A stretch of DNA of 64,000 nt, taken from the NCBI RefSeq assembly GCF_009914755.1, contig NC_060930.1; one strand, 5' to 3'. Origin of the DNA: the human T2T-CHM13v2.0 reference genome, Homo sapiens. The notes below the pieces were generated by a model that saw nothing but the letters and a program-made list of their open reading frames with translations, searched no databases and was not told the DNA's origin. A program made the translations under genes and the position numbers. Of this stretch, positions 28,220-42,329 are shown in pieces (within the stretch, counting starts at the first letter, position 1; each line of letters opens with the position of its first letter).

Positions 28220-29368
28220 TAGTTGTAGCATCTTAAGCAAGTTATTTGATATCTCTGGGCCTGTTTATTCACCTAAATAACGTGTGCAGGAATGCCACCT
28301 TGGAGCCCTGTGATGGGAATTCAGTAATATAATGAGTGTACAGTGCCTATCTTACAGTCTGCTCTCAGTTAATATTAGTCCTTTGCCCTCTCAACCTCTA
28401 ACAGGAATAGAGCATCACAAAGAAGGATAGGGGACTTTGCTTCATTCCTCATTGAATCCCCCACGCCTTACATAGCTCAGTTACAGAATTAGAGGAAGAT
28501 AGTGGCAAAAACTCAGGCTGTGGGCCTCTCAAAGCCTTTGGCAATAGAAAGCCATTAAAGAATGTTAAGTAAGAAAGTGCTATGGTCAACTTTGCTTTTT
28601 ACACATTTATTGTGATTCTTGTGTGGAGAATGGGTTGACAAGAAGCAAGACTGGCTGCAGAGAAATTAGTTGGGATATTTTTGCAAAAATCTAAGTACAG
28701 AGTGATGGTAGCTATACCGAAACACCTTTTAGTGAAGATTTGCTATGTGCTGGGCACTGTGCTGTGTACTTCATGTCTGTGATTTCACCTGCACTCTACA
28801 AGAATTCAGTGATATAAGGGGTAATATCCTTAATTTGCAAATGAGGAAATTGGCCTCAGATATTTGTTTCTTGTCTGAGGTGCCACTTGTTAGCAAGTGG
28901 GATTGTCAGGGTATGAAATCACATCTATCAACTAGAAAGCCTGTGCTCTTAACCTGTGTTATTTATCACGTAAATAGGACTTAAAATATTTGGTTTTGGC
29001 TCAGTGTTGAGACTGTCAAAAGCACAGTGGGCCTTACCAATAGGCAGGTATAGTGTGGCTTGGGAGAGAAAGCAAGATTCCTGGGCAGGGCCTGTGGCAA
29101 TGCACAGGGGAGGGGAGTGTCCTGGAAGGAGGACAGGGAAGGCTTGCAAGGCTCAGGCCCTGGGTGGGAACAAGGTTCGTGGGGTGAGGTAGGGCACTGA
29201 GTCCCTGGTGAGAAGAGGGAAAAGGGAGGAGGGGATGATGATAGGAAACTGGAGGCTCCTCAAAGGCAAAGTTTCCCCTTCTATTGTGTTACCTAGACTG
29301 GCCCTGGCCTCAAGCCACTTGGGACATCTTTATCCTAACCTCATCCTGTTTCTTTTTGGTACATCTAA

Positions 29369-29599
<231 letters not shown>

Positions 29600-31547
29600 T
29601 AAGTTTATTTTTTTTCCACCTATAGAAGGAGCAGAGGAACAGGAGTCTGTGATCAAGATCTTGGGTGATTCTGTGGTCTCAGGTCAATGAAAATGAAATG
29701 AGGAAATCCAGCCAATGGACTATTATTTTTATTGATTTTTTTAGTTGAGTTATTTTTATTAGTGTTTCACTTAAAAGACTAGTTTAGGGGTCAAAACTAT
29801 ATTAACATGTTGTTTTGATTATACAAAAATTATCTCAGATAAGAGAATTGGAATACCAAGTTTGAAGATGGGACATGGTGCAAGAATCATGACCTTCAGC
29901 TTTCTAAAAGGCATCCAAACTGGCTGTGTGACCTTGTGCAAGTCAATGCAGCTTCCCGACCCTCAGTTTTCTCATATTTAAAACGAGGCAGGTGAATTAG
30001 ACTTCCATTTTTCAGTGCCCTCCTATCTTTTAAAACTTCTATGTTCATCTGTGAATGCCCTATTTACACACACCAAAGAACTTAACTAGCACCTGTTTAT
30101 TTTTTTCGCTCAGCCAAGCATTCAAACATAATTAAGCACCAATAATTTGCATAACAGTTATAGCTCTGAGAGGATGGAACAAAATTTGGAAACTTAGAAT
30201 TCGATTGTTTCGACAAGCAATTCATACAAGAGAAAGTAGAGTATCGGAGTGAGGGCATCGTTGCTTGGAAACCAAATGATATAGATAGCAATGCCATCTA
30301 TAGGGGCAGTTCATGATGGGGTGCCCTCCGAAGAACCTGAAAATGCAGTTATCTTCAGAAAGTTGAACAAGTGAAAATTTTGCCTATGATGAGATTAGTT
30401 ATCTATAGAAGTAACCCAAGAGACATTCTCTTAAAGGTAATGTCTTACATTAAAAATATCCAATATCACAATTGAGATGCTTTGGGGAGTAAAGAGGCAG
30501 AACCTTGAGTCCTGACTCACAGATTCACTTTTCCCAATTTCATCCATCATCCCCTACATTCAACGATCTCCATCCTCTGTGGACCTCAGCATCAGCAGAC
30601 ATTGTTCTCTGAACTTTTTAAAATCCTAACATACCACAATGTGACCATAGCTCTCTTCACTTTATCAGTTCCTGCATTATCACCAGGTCTTGAATTCATC
30701 AAGATCTCTTGTCACTCAACTTCTCCTTTTTCTCCTAATCTATCACCTTCCTGAAGGTCTCACTAAATTTCCTCTACCATATGAGTACCATAATACACTT
30801 CATTCTTCCACTCTCTTCCCGCTATTCCTGCTATTAATTCTCAACCCAGCACATAACCTGGAATTCCCAACCTTAGATGAATCTCTGTCTTCTCCACGTT
30901 TATCCTTGTTCAGCTAGAGAAAATCCCACGTCAATATATGGGTATCCTAGCAGTTTGAATATTTCCACTTTTATCTGAGCCCTCAGAGCAGCTTGGCTAT
31001 CTCTTCCTATCCTACTCCTCACTGGCAATTCCAAAGCCACATCACACCTCAGCCTGTCTTTCAGAGGTATGCCTTCTACTTTAGAAAAAATATTGAAGCC
31101 ATGGGTTACACATTTTTCAAGTCTCACACCTGCAGATTTTATGTACATTTATATCAGCTCCTTCTTGCCGTCCTGTCCCTCCTTTGTAAAGTGTTATCCC
31201 TCCATATAGACTCTTGATCTAATCCTTTATGTCTTCTAGAAGGCCATTCATTATTCGTGTGTTCTTTGTTACATCTTTACGGTTTCTCCTGTATTTTTAG
31301 TGTTTTTTCCTTTCCCTTGACTTCTTTTTGGACTGTGAACATGTTCAAATAGGTATTATCAAACAAACAAAAAGTTAGAGGCCCTTCTGAATTGCGCTGT
31401 GTCTTTCTTCTTCCCTACACTTCTAAGCAACTTGAAAGCTAATCTACTTTTTTTAATCCAAAAGGAAAAGCACTTATCCTCTCAGAGTGTCTAACATGTT
31501 TTATAGTAATAACTTGTGTAAAAAATATAATTTTTGAATAGTTTTCT

Positions 31548-31728
31548 GTATTTTTATTGTGATGAAAAACTCATAAAATTTACCATATTAACTGTTTCTA
31601 AAGTGTACAGTTCATCAGTGTTATGCACATTTACATTGTTGTGAAACAGAGCTCCAGAACTTTTTCATCTTGTAAAACTGAAACTCCACACCCATTAAAC
31701 AACTACCTTCTCTTTCTTCTCCCCAGGG
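31548..31728 (-). mobile_element. L1MA/MB 3' end fragment
   Basis: AAGTGTACAGTTCA...CTCCAGAACTTTTTCATCTTGTAAAACTGAAACT. Confidence 0.75.
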
Positions 31729-34299
31729 GAATAGAATTTTGACTCTATATAAATCAAGAAACGCCTGACTTCTTTAGTAGTTTGTATTTGCAAGATCTAA
31801 GATCATGGTAAACATTAGGTCCTAAAATCTTGGGGAAGGACAACATGTCCTTCCTCTGACTTGTTAGCAATCAAATTGAGTAGGTTTTAAATGTCTGTTA
31901 ATTGGAAGGGTTTGTTATTTCATTTTCAGCCAAAGGAGAGAGGTGCATTTTAAGTATCAGAATTAGATCAGCTTTGAGTTTGTACTAAATTTGGAATGTA
32001 ATAGATTTTCATAAATTACGTGTGCCTTTTTGGAAATGTCAACTGTCTTTATGTCTGCTTGTAAAAGTTTCAAAATATGTTTTTCTCTCAAAAAGGCAAC
32101 GTTATTTCATTTGCTTGAATATTATGATAGGAACGCTTACTGATATTACTTGATAGTTTTATATAGCCTTGGAACTTTAACATATAATATAGCAGTATTA
32201 ATCATGATAGTTGTACTTCTTTGAAACATTAAATTTGAGGAAACTAATCTATGTAATTGTCTCCACTTCTTCACCTCTCACCCACGCTTCAGACTTCTTC
32301 CCTGATCCCCATACTGAATCAGCTGTCACTCAAGTCATTAGGGAGCTCCTCACGCTAAATCAATTGCCTCTTCTCAATTCACATCTTACCTCCACTTAAT
32401 TCGGTATTTAATATTCCTGAAACTCTTCTCCCTTGTTTTATCTGATGCTATTCTCTTTTAGTTTTTCTTCTACTTCTCTGATAATTCCTTATGACTTTTA
32501 AAATGTGCTTTTTCTAAGAATAAATCTTATGATATGTTCTTGCGTGCCTTTTAAATGCTGACATTCCTTAGGGTCCTGCCCTTGGCTGTCCTCTACTGAC
32601 TCTCTCTAAGTAATCCCAGCCCCTCCCTAGTGACCAGGGATCAACATGAAATATGATCCCAGCATAACTGAAATGCAGGAGGGGTGCTTGCCTCCAAATA
32701 GTGGGGAGTGCTATTACCAAGAAAAGTAGGCAGACAGTGTTGAGCCAGCAAAAACAATAAAGGTCAGTCACATCACGTGTGAGTCATTTCTACTTATTAT
32801 CAGCTCCCACTAAGAACTTCCCTGACAGAGCGTTTAGGGAGAAGAATCCTGAATTAAGGGGGGATTAACCTGGATCTTGAAAGCTAGCTGGCTAATGAAG
32901 GAGGGAGAAAAACTGTTGATTTAGAGTGAAGGCACCAACTTGGAAATGTGCATAGGTTGTGTGTATATGTGAGAAGGTGAGGGATAGTGGAGTGCAGGGA
33001 TGAGTGGCCTGGCTAGGCAGAGCATTCACACTAGAGAGGAATGGAGCATAAGGTCAGGTGACGGGGTGGGTGACCACAGTGAACTAGGCAAGCAGAAGAG
33101 TGTGAGCTCATCAGGGGAGTCACAAGCTGAAACAGATGCATTAGCAATTTATTTGTGTAGTAGAGGAGTTGGCAGTGGTACTGCGTGGGATTGAAGACTG
33201 CTAGACTTTAGGCAAGGGGATCACTTAAGGAATTTCTTATTGATTCACATTTTGAGTAAGTTGGCTCCTGGGCTAGGTGATGAAGATAAAGGATATAAGA
33301 GAACTTCAAAAGAAGCCTAGACCATATGTGATCATTTTCTGAATATCCTAGGGAATGTTGTGAAACAATTCAGCTTTTGATTCAGCCCCCCAAGTGATAA
33401 ACCTCTCATTTAGCAAATATTTTTGAGTTCTACTATGTGTATGTCATTGAGTTAGACACTAAAAACAACCTAAAATAAACCAGATACAGTGCTGGACATC
33501 AAGAAGGTTAACTGTGTGGGAGACGAAATAACTTGTTTACATAAATAACACTAATACAAGACAGAGAGTGACTAGGCAGAGGAAAGACATGGTGTGGTCT
33601 GAAGATTGAAAGGTCACTTCCAGCTTAGGGTGAGGGACTAGTGAGTTTGCTGTCCTTTGAATGAACTGTGCTTTTAATAATGGTTTGCACTTAAAATGCT
33701 ATTTGCCTTCCCTATACCATTATCTATCCTCTTAAATTCCATTTGTCCTCATATTGGTTCAAAAGTGACTTTTCCAAGTACCTTTAAGCAAGTCACATAC
33801 TCACCATTGGCCTCATACAAAACTGTATATGTGTGTATTTCCCATTGTCTATGTGTGTATAATGCTCTATTTATTTATCCATCCATGTATCCATTTACAA
33901 TTATATGTATTTTTACAGAATCCATACATACGTATAATACATATGTGATTGTGAGTGATTCTCATTTTGTTCCTTATATGTTTCTGTACTTTTAAATTTT
34001 ATACAAGGAACACACATCACTTTTATGATTATGAAAAATAAAACTAAAAATAAACGAAAACAGTCTCGCAATAATCTGCAGGTTGCTCTATAAATGTGAG
34101 CACTTCAAGAATCAGGAGCATTTTCTTCAAGCTGAGTGACTATCTTTGAGTCTGTTAACATCTCACTCGGGTCCCACAATTTTTCTCCACCTCCAAGTAG
34201 TTTCTTTAGTGTCTGAGACCTTCCCTAAGTGTATGCTTGGAAATGCTCAAACTTGGCCTCCTTCCTTCTCAACTGAACTGCGGTGTGCAGAACCTGTGA

Positions 34300-34569
<270 letters not shown>

Positions 34570-34992
34570 GAACTCAACCTTATGTTTTCTGGCAAGGAAC
34601 TTTCCCTGGTGCCAGAAATGAGGCTGTTAGGCATGGTGGCCTTTCCATGACTTTACTCATAGACCCTTACCCACCTGGCTTCTGCCCATGGACCTGTCAT
34701 TAGGTGCTGTCCACATGGGCTGTTGTTTCCTGGCTAGCACCTACTGTGTACAATAATTACCGGGAAAGGACAAAACCTGCTTGCATTTTGTCATCAGTGG
34801 TTTGCACAGTCAGCATCTTTTGACCCCTGCCCCCCAACAATAATAGAATTTCAGGAGACAAGGAAACTCTGGCATGAATTAACTTCATCCCTGATAACGA
34901 TCGAGAGATAATGTAAAATAATGAACATGTGATTATAGGTCTACTTTTTCAACTGTAAATTTGGGAAAATTAAATTCAGATCAGATAATTCC

Positions 34993-34998
34993 AATAAA
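34993..34998 (+). terminator. ANKRD66: Candidate ANKRD66 polyadenylation signal AATAAA
   Basis: First AATAAA I found after the stop codon, about 425 nt downstream. Confidence 0.5.
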
Positions 34999-34999
34999 A

Positions 35000-35251
35000 A
35001 ATTGCATCCAAATTGAGATGCAAAATACACATTAGATTTCAAACACTTAGTACAAAAATATAAAATGTCTCCTTAATAATACTTAATATTGATTCCACAT
35101 TGAAATGATAATATTTTGGATATTGCGTTGAATAAGATATATTACCAAAATGAATTTTATCTTTTTCCTTTTCCTTTTTAAAACATGTGGCTACTAGAAT
35201 GTTTAAAATTACCCATGTGCTTTTTTAGTTTATTTCTATTGGACAGCATTG
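35000..35251. mobile_element. MER33-like hAT-Charlie element at the ANKRD66 3' end
   Basis: ATGTGGCTACTAGAA...TATTTCTATTGGACAGCATTG. Confidence 0.7.
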
Positions 35252-35821
35252 CTATAGAACCCAAACAGCATGTTAAGCCTCTACTAGGAGACTAGTCTGG
35301 TGTATTTTACTTTCCCTGGCTGCTCTGCATTTTAGATATACTAATTTCTCTGCCTAAATCAATTTATTTAGCTATCAAGTATCTTTATTACTTATTCCTC
35401 AATTAATGCTTGTGTTAATACAAGTCATGCTTTGTTTGAATTTTCTGGTATGAAAAAAATGCTTGAATATCTTATAGAAAAGCAGTATAGCTATAGAGGA
35501 TACCTTTCCTCGTGTTGATCTACCCTTGAGCATCAATCCCTTTCTCTATGCTCTGCAATGCAGAGTAGTTCCTGCTTTGGACCAGTAGAAACATTGGAAG
35601 ACAACTGACTCGAGCTGGACTAATAAGATTCTTCTCCTGGGTACTTGAAAAGAAATCCTCATGATAGGCTGGACCAATAGCAGATGACTTCAGAAGTATG
35701 GAGTGGCTAATTCTACACTAGGGCTGAGGAAGGGTACAGAGATGCTCTACAAAAAGGACAAGAAGACCGAGGAAAAGACAAAGGGATAGAGATAGGTCAG
35801 TAGATAAATGAATAGAGAGAT

Positions 35822-35865
<44 letters not shown>
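35822..35865. repeat. (TAGA)11 tetranucleotide STR
   Basis: Seen directly. Confidence 0.97.
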
Positions 35866-37429
35866 GATGAATAGTTAGATAATTTGCTATTCCTAGTTCT
35901 GGTTCCTTACTCAGGAATCTGTGAAATACTATTTTATCATAAAAGTTGCCCTTTGCTTACAGTATATTGAATTGATTATTTTCCTTGCAAGCAGACTTTT
36001 CTAATAAGTACAGTATTTTAATCATGGGCTTATGAGTAATGGTGACTTAGGTTTGTATCCTCCTCTACGGAAATAGGTAAAAGAATTCCCATTTCCTGGG
36101 GTTGCTGTGAGGATGAGATGGACAATGTGTGTAAGATGCTGACATTGGCACACTATAACTGGTTTATGTCATGACTGTTGTATTACTATAGAAGTGAACT
36201 CAGTTTTCCCCTGGGAATCCCAAAGGGATCCAGGAATAATGCCTTTTATAGGTCACATGAGGCTCTTTATTGTCCAGTCCATAAATATCCCATCTAGTTT
36301 TGTGGCATGGATAATAGCCTGTCCTCCATCAGCTGGACAAAACTGTGATAAGCAAAGTGTCTTTGGTTGTGTCCACAACCCTATGGCCTCCCAGTGCCCT
36401 CATTGTGCCCTCATTTCATACTTATTCTCATTGAGATATAAAGAGACTTATGTCTTCTCCCACAAGTTTTTAGGTAGTAAGTGAGAACAACAGGAAGAGA
36501 ATGCTAAAATAGCTTCTCTGTATGAATAATTTAATGCAACATAGACTCTATACTAAGTGCTTTACATGGATTGTATCTAATCTGCATGACATACCTGCAA
36601 GGCAAGTATCATTATCCCCAACTGACATCACAAACTGAAGTTCTGAGAGGTTGAATGACTTGCCCTAGGCCACCTGACCGATGTTTGTGCTGGCTGTAAA
36701 GCCTGGCTGGATTTGGTCGATGGGCTAATCTTTCAGGCTCTAAGACCTTTGGCAGGTTGCTTAACTTCTCAAGTTTCCTCTTCTGTAAACAGGGAGATCA
36801 TACCAGCACCTATGTCATAGGGTTGTGGTGAGGATCAAATGAGATAATACATGTTAGCTACTTAGTACAATGTCCTCAACAAGGTGTGGGTCACCAAATG
36901 TCAGTTGCTGTGGTAGTTATTATTTTTCACAGCCTTCACTGTCCCAGATACGTAACAATGAAGAATGGCTTGCCTCGAAGCATTTCCCTCAGTCCAGAGG
37001 GGGAGATTTGGGGTGACATCATTCTCTGAAGTCCATCAAAACCCTGAATGAAGTTGTCCACTATATTCTTGCCCCTGAGGTTGAGCTCTCCACCGAGCAG
37101 CCTTAGGGCTGAGGTTTGTCCCTTGCAAGGTATCTGAGCCAAAACAGGTGGACTTCCAACATCCTGCCTTCATTCTGTCGTGCTGACTGTCCATTTCACT
37201 GGGATCTATTTGAAGATTTGCAGCAGTTGAAGGGAGTGGTATTTGTGGTCCTTGCCTGTTCTGTCCCATCCTCACAGGCAGGGAGAAATGAGCTGTTTAT
37301 ATCATGTAGGAAGTAGAGGCAGTATCATGTCATACAAAGGGCAGTGGAAGAGGAGAGACGATTCTGGACTTGACTTCACCTGGCACTGGCTATGTGACTG
37401 TGGGCAGTGATTCTGGGATGGGATTCCTT

Positions 37430-38356
37430 ATTTTTATTATTATAATTATTATACTTTAAGTTTTAGGGTACATGTGCACAACGTGCAGGTTAGTTACATA
37501 TGCACACATGTGCCATGTTGGTGTGCTGAACCCAGTAACTCATCATTTAACATTAGGTATATCTCCTAATGCCATCCTTCCCCCTCCCCCCACCTCACAA
37601 CAGGCCCTGGTGTGTGGTGTTCCCTTTCCTGTGTCCATGTGTTCTCATTGTTCAATTCCCACCTATGAGTGAGAACATGTGGCGTTTGGTTTTTTGTCCT
37701 TGCGATAGTTTGCTGAGAATGATGGTTTCCAGCTTCATCCATGTCCCTACAAAGGACATGAACTCATCATTTTTTATGGCTGCATAGTATTCCATGGTGT
37801 ATATGTGCCACATTTTCTTAATCCAGTCTATCATTGTTGGACATTTGGGTTGGTTCCAAGTCTTTGCTATTGTGAATAGTGCCGCAATAAACATACGTGT
37901 GCATGTCTCTTTATAGCAGCATGATTTATAATCCTTTGGGTATATACCCAGTAATGGGATTGCTGGATCAAATGGTATTTCTAGTTCTAGATCCCTGAGG
38001 AATCGCCACACTGACTTCCACAGTGGTTGAACTAGTTTACAGTCCCACCAACAGTGTAAAAGTGTTCCTATTTCTCCATATCCTCTCCAGTACCTGTTGT
38101 TTCCTGACTTTTTAATGATCACCATTCTAACTGGTGTGAGATGGTATCTCATTGTGGTTTTGATTTGCATTTCTCTGATGACCAGTGATGATGAGCATTT
38201 TTTCATGTGTATTTTGGCTGCATAAATGTCTTCTTTTGAGAAATATCTGTTCATATCCTTCGCCCACTTTTTGATGGGGTTGTTTGTTTTCTTCTTGTAA
38301 ATTTGTTTGAGTTCATTGTAGATTCTGGATATTAGCCCTTTGTCAGATGAGTAGAT
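37430..38356 (-). mobile_element. 5'-truncated primate L1 (L1PA4-like): ORF2 C-terminus plus 3'UTR
   Basis: ORF 37652-38254 translates as the L1 ORF2p C-terminus ([20 protein letters not shown]...YYAAIK). Confidence 0.93.
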
Positions 38357-38881
38357 AAAACCAAAGGGTAGAACCAGATCTGCAAGATCACATCTATTGC
38401 TGTTATCATACCAGAGTCTGGAACCTTTAGATCTAGACTGTCTAAGAAACCAAGTTAAAGCAGGATGTTGCCCCTGATGAATTCACACCAGGCATCCAAT
38501 CTACATATTTAAATTAAGATGTTCACATTCACTAGAATCATTAATTTTGGACCTATACAAAACCTGAACTCATTAAGGAAATGACAAGCAATTATTCTTC
38601 TTTCACTAGGGAAGATCTAAAGTAAGCACAGTCCTGCCTTCCTTCTTTTGTTTTACCAGTTGTCAAATATTTATAGAGCCATACTTTATGTCTAGCACTA
38701 TGCTAGATTCTGAGAATCAAAAGATAAATAAGGCCTGAGTAGACTGTGTGCTCCTGAGGGCACTTTATTCAACTTTGGATATCTATTTCTTAGATCAGTA
38801 ATTATAAATGCTTGCTAAAAGAAAATTTAGAAAGTTACAATCAAAATATTAGAAGATGCCTTTATAAATGAGAAATCAAAG

Positions 38882-39301
38882 CTGTTAAGGGTTGAATTGT
38901 TTCCCCCCCTAAATTTATATGTGAGGTCCTAATTTTCAGTTCCTCGGAAAGTGGCCTTATTTGAAAATAGGGTCACTGGGGGTGTAATTAATTAAGTGGA
39001 GTGGAGTTGAGTGGGCCTCTAACCCAGGATGATTGCTATCCTTATGGAAGGAGACACTAACTGAGGAAAGAGGATGTGAAGAGACACAGGGAAAAGATGG
39101 CCATCTACACACCAAGGAGAGAGTTCTGCAGCAGATCCTTCCCTCACAGCCCTCAGAAGGAAACAGCCCTGCCAACACCTTGATTTTTGAATCTCTAACT
39201 GCCAGAACTATGATGAAACAATGAATTTCTGGTTTAAGCGACCCAGTGTGTCATACCCAGTGTGTGATACTTTGTTATGGTAACCCTAGCAAACTAATTC
39301 A
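38882..39301 (+). mobile_element. MaLR LTR (MLT1B-like)
   Basis: CCTTATTTGAAAATAGGGTC...CCCTCACAGCCCTCAGAAGGAA...GCAAACTAAT. Confidence 0.8.
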
Positions 39302-39945
39302 GAAGCTACTGACTCTTGGCTCTGAGCTACTTCCATTATATTACCAAGAGGGTGAGTAGCACTATGTATGTCCAGGGCTCTTCTGCGTAGCATTTACATG
39401 TTTACTTTGGCCAGTGACTGAATTATATGGAAATACTTTCTTGTCCATGGGAAGATTTTTATATCTTATTTTTAAAAACCAACCTTTACTGTGGATTCTA
39501 AGAACTGTACCACAGAACACTGCATTCAGGGTATGTCTCCATGAAATAAAAGCAGCTAGTTAGAAACATTAAAAATGCAGGCAACAATGTTATTGTTTAG
39601 TACTTATATTATCAAAAAGATTGGTGGGATCTATTTTGCTTAACAATACCCCTTATTGGTCATTCCTTGGGAGAGAATCACAAATACCCTGATTTCAGCC
39701 AAAAACATTGTTAAAATTTTTTCTTATCAGTTTTCAGACCTTAATCCTTGAACTTCGGAATTAACAACCTTTTATTTTCTGTTTCTGTCTCATATACTCC
39801 CTTGGCAGGCAATGTTATTTTAAAAGTTCCTGAAGAGAAACATTATAAGTAAAACAAAAAAAGCATCTAACAAAAACCAATTTAACCAGATCACATATTT
39901 CACGCTAAATTTTTCTGTAACACTTAAAATGATTGATTCAGTTCA

Positions 39946-40528
<583 letters not shown>

Positions 40529-41546
40529 TTATATACATTTTTTTCTGATCCCAATTCTCCAATCTAATTTCATTTCCTAATACTCCGCTTTGTACACCCC
40601 TGGTGCCTGCCAAGCTGGGCTGCTCACTGCCTACTGATACCTACCCTGTGTGCTGTTCCAAACATGTTACCATGTCTACTCAACAAGTTTTTGAGTTAGT
40701 TGTTATTTTAAATGAGGACATAGGGGTTCATAAGGTTAGGTAATCTGCCCAAGTCACACAACCAGCAGAGGACAGAGCTGGAACTTGGACTTAAGCTCCA
40801 CAGCCTGGCCTCACGTCCGCGTGCTACACTGCCTGTCTGCTCTGAGCCCTGGCTCCTGTCATCTCTGCTAGACACCCTCTGTCTTCCCTCCTGCTTCTCC
40901 AAATCCTATTCCTTCTTCAGGGTCTACCTCCACCAGAAAGCCACTCAGAGTACAAGGCCCACTCTATTTAGTCCTGCTTCGGGTTCGAAATAAACTTCTA
41001 ATGAGATAGTTTCCTTTTCTTGATTGATTCATAGATACCACTTTCCTCTGAGTTTGGGTCTTCTTTAAGATCTCTAAAAAGCAAGGGCTCTGCATATACT
41101 TCTTTTGTTTCTCCCAATGGGCCTAGGTAGTCCCATGTCATGCTCAATATACATTTCTTGACTGAGATTGAGTCATCGAGTATTTTCTAGATAAGGGTGA
41201 GGAATAATTTTTTTTCCCCTAAAACTGAAAAAACCAAATAAAATCCTCATTGAACCTAAGCTAAAGTATTTAAGAAGTTAAGGATGGTTTTCTCAGCAAC
41301 CTGGAGAAACTTGACCTTTTTGTTTTCCAAGCCTGGCCTTTCGAAAGTGGCTCAAGTTGAATTTTAACTCAAGTTACTGAAGTGGTTGCAGTGACAAATA
41401 GTAGAAGCTTCTTTTTACTGAGCATCAGCCATGTGCATGCCAGGTATTTTGTATCAATCTCTTCAAAATGTCATACTTAAGTAAGGGTTTTTACAGATAG
41501 AGAAATGCAAGTTTAATAAAGTTATTTGTCTGAAATCAACCAATAG

Positions 41547-41853
41547 TTTATTTTTATTTTTTATTTTTTTTGAGACAGTCTCCCTCTATTGCCCAGGCTG
41601 GAGTGCAGTGGCATGAGCTTGGCTCACTGCAACCTCTGACTCTCAGATTCAAGATATTCTCCTGCCTCAGCCTCCTAAGTAGCTCAGACTTCAGGTGTGC
41701 ACCACCACACCTGGCTAATTTTTGTATTTTTAGTAGAGATGGGTTTTCACCATGTTGGCCAGGTTGGTCTTGAACTCCTGACCTCAAGTCATCTGCACCC
41801 CCCTCAGCATCCCAAAGTGTTGGGATTACAGGTGTGAGCCACCATACCCAGCC
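41547..41853 (-). mobile_element. Alu (AluSx/Sz)
   Basis: Full reverse-complement Alu. Confidence 0.92.
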
Positions 41854-42329
41854 AATCAATAAATTATTAATGAAAGATTGCAAACTATAGCTGCTGTGCT
41901 TGATTTTTTTTAGCTCATTATTTTATATTCTCCAATGCTGCCTTTTTTGGATTTAGATGAATTCCCTTAGTTCTCAACCTGCATCTGGAATGTTTCTGGG
42001 AAAACTACTTAAAATTTCTGATCTCAATTTTCTTTTTTATATTGTTTTCACAGTTGACATGATGTCTACTTAGAAAATCCCAAAAACATCTGGAAAAATA
42101 ACTGCTAGAACTATTTGGGCCACTGGGTTGCAAATACACCAGTGATGACCTTAAAAGAATAATAGTTCAAAATGACCAACATAAATCAATGGTTCTTAAT
42201 AGGGAAGACTGACCTTAATAAGCCAAACATCTAATTTTTTGCTTAGGTCTAGAATTACATCAATCCAGTGAGATAACCCTCGTTCTTTTATGGTAATCTG
42301 ATTATGGTGACTACAAATTTGATAAAATT

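Noticed and set aside
30290-30310. Weak CTCF-like motif
   Set aside because: Two mismatches at key core positions
37652-38254. 200-aa ORF, the longest in the track
   Set aside because: L1 ORF2 remnant in a 5'-truncated element
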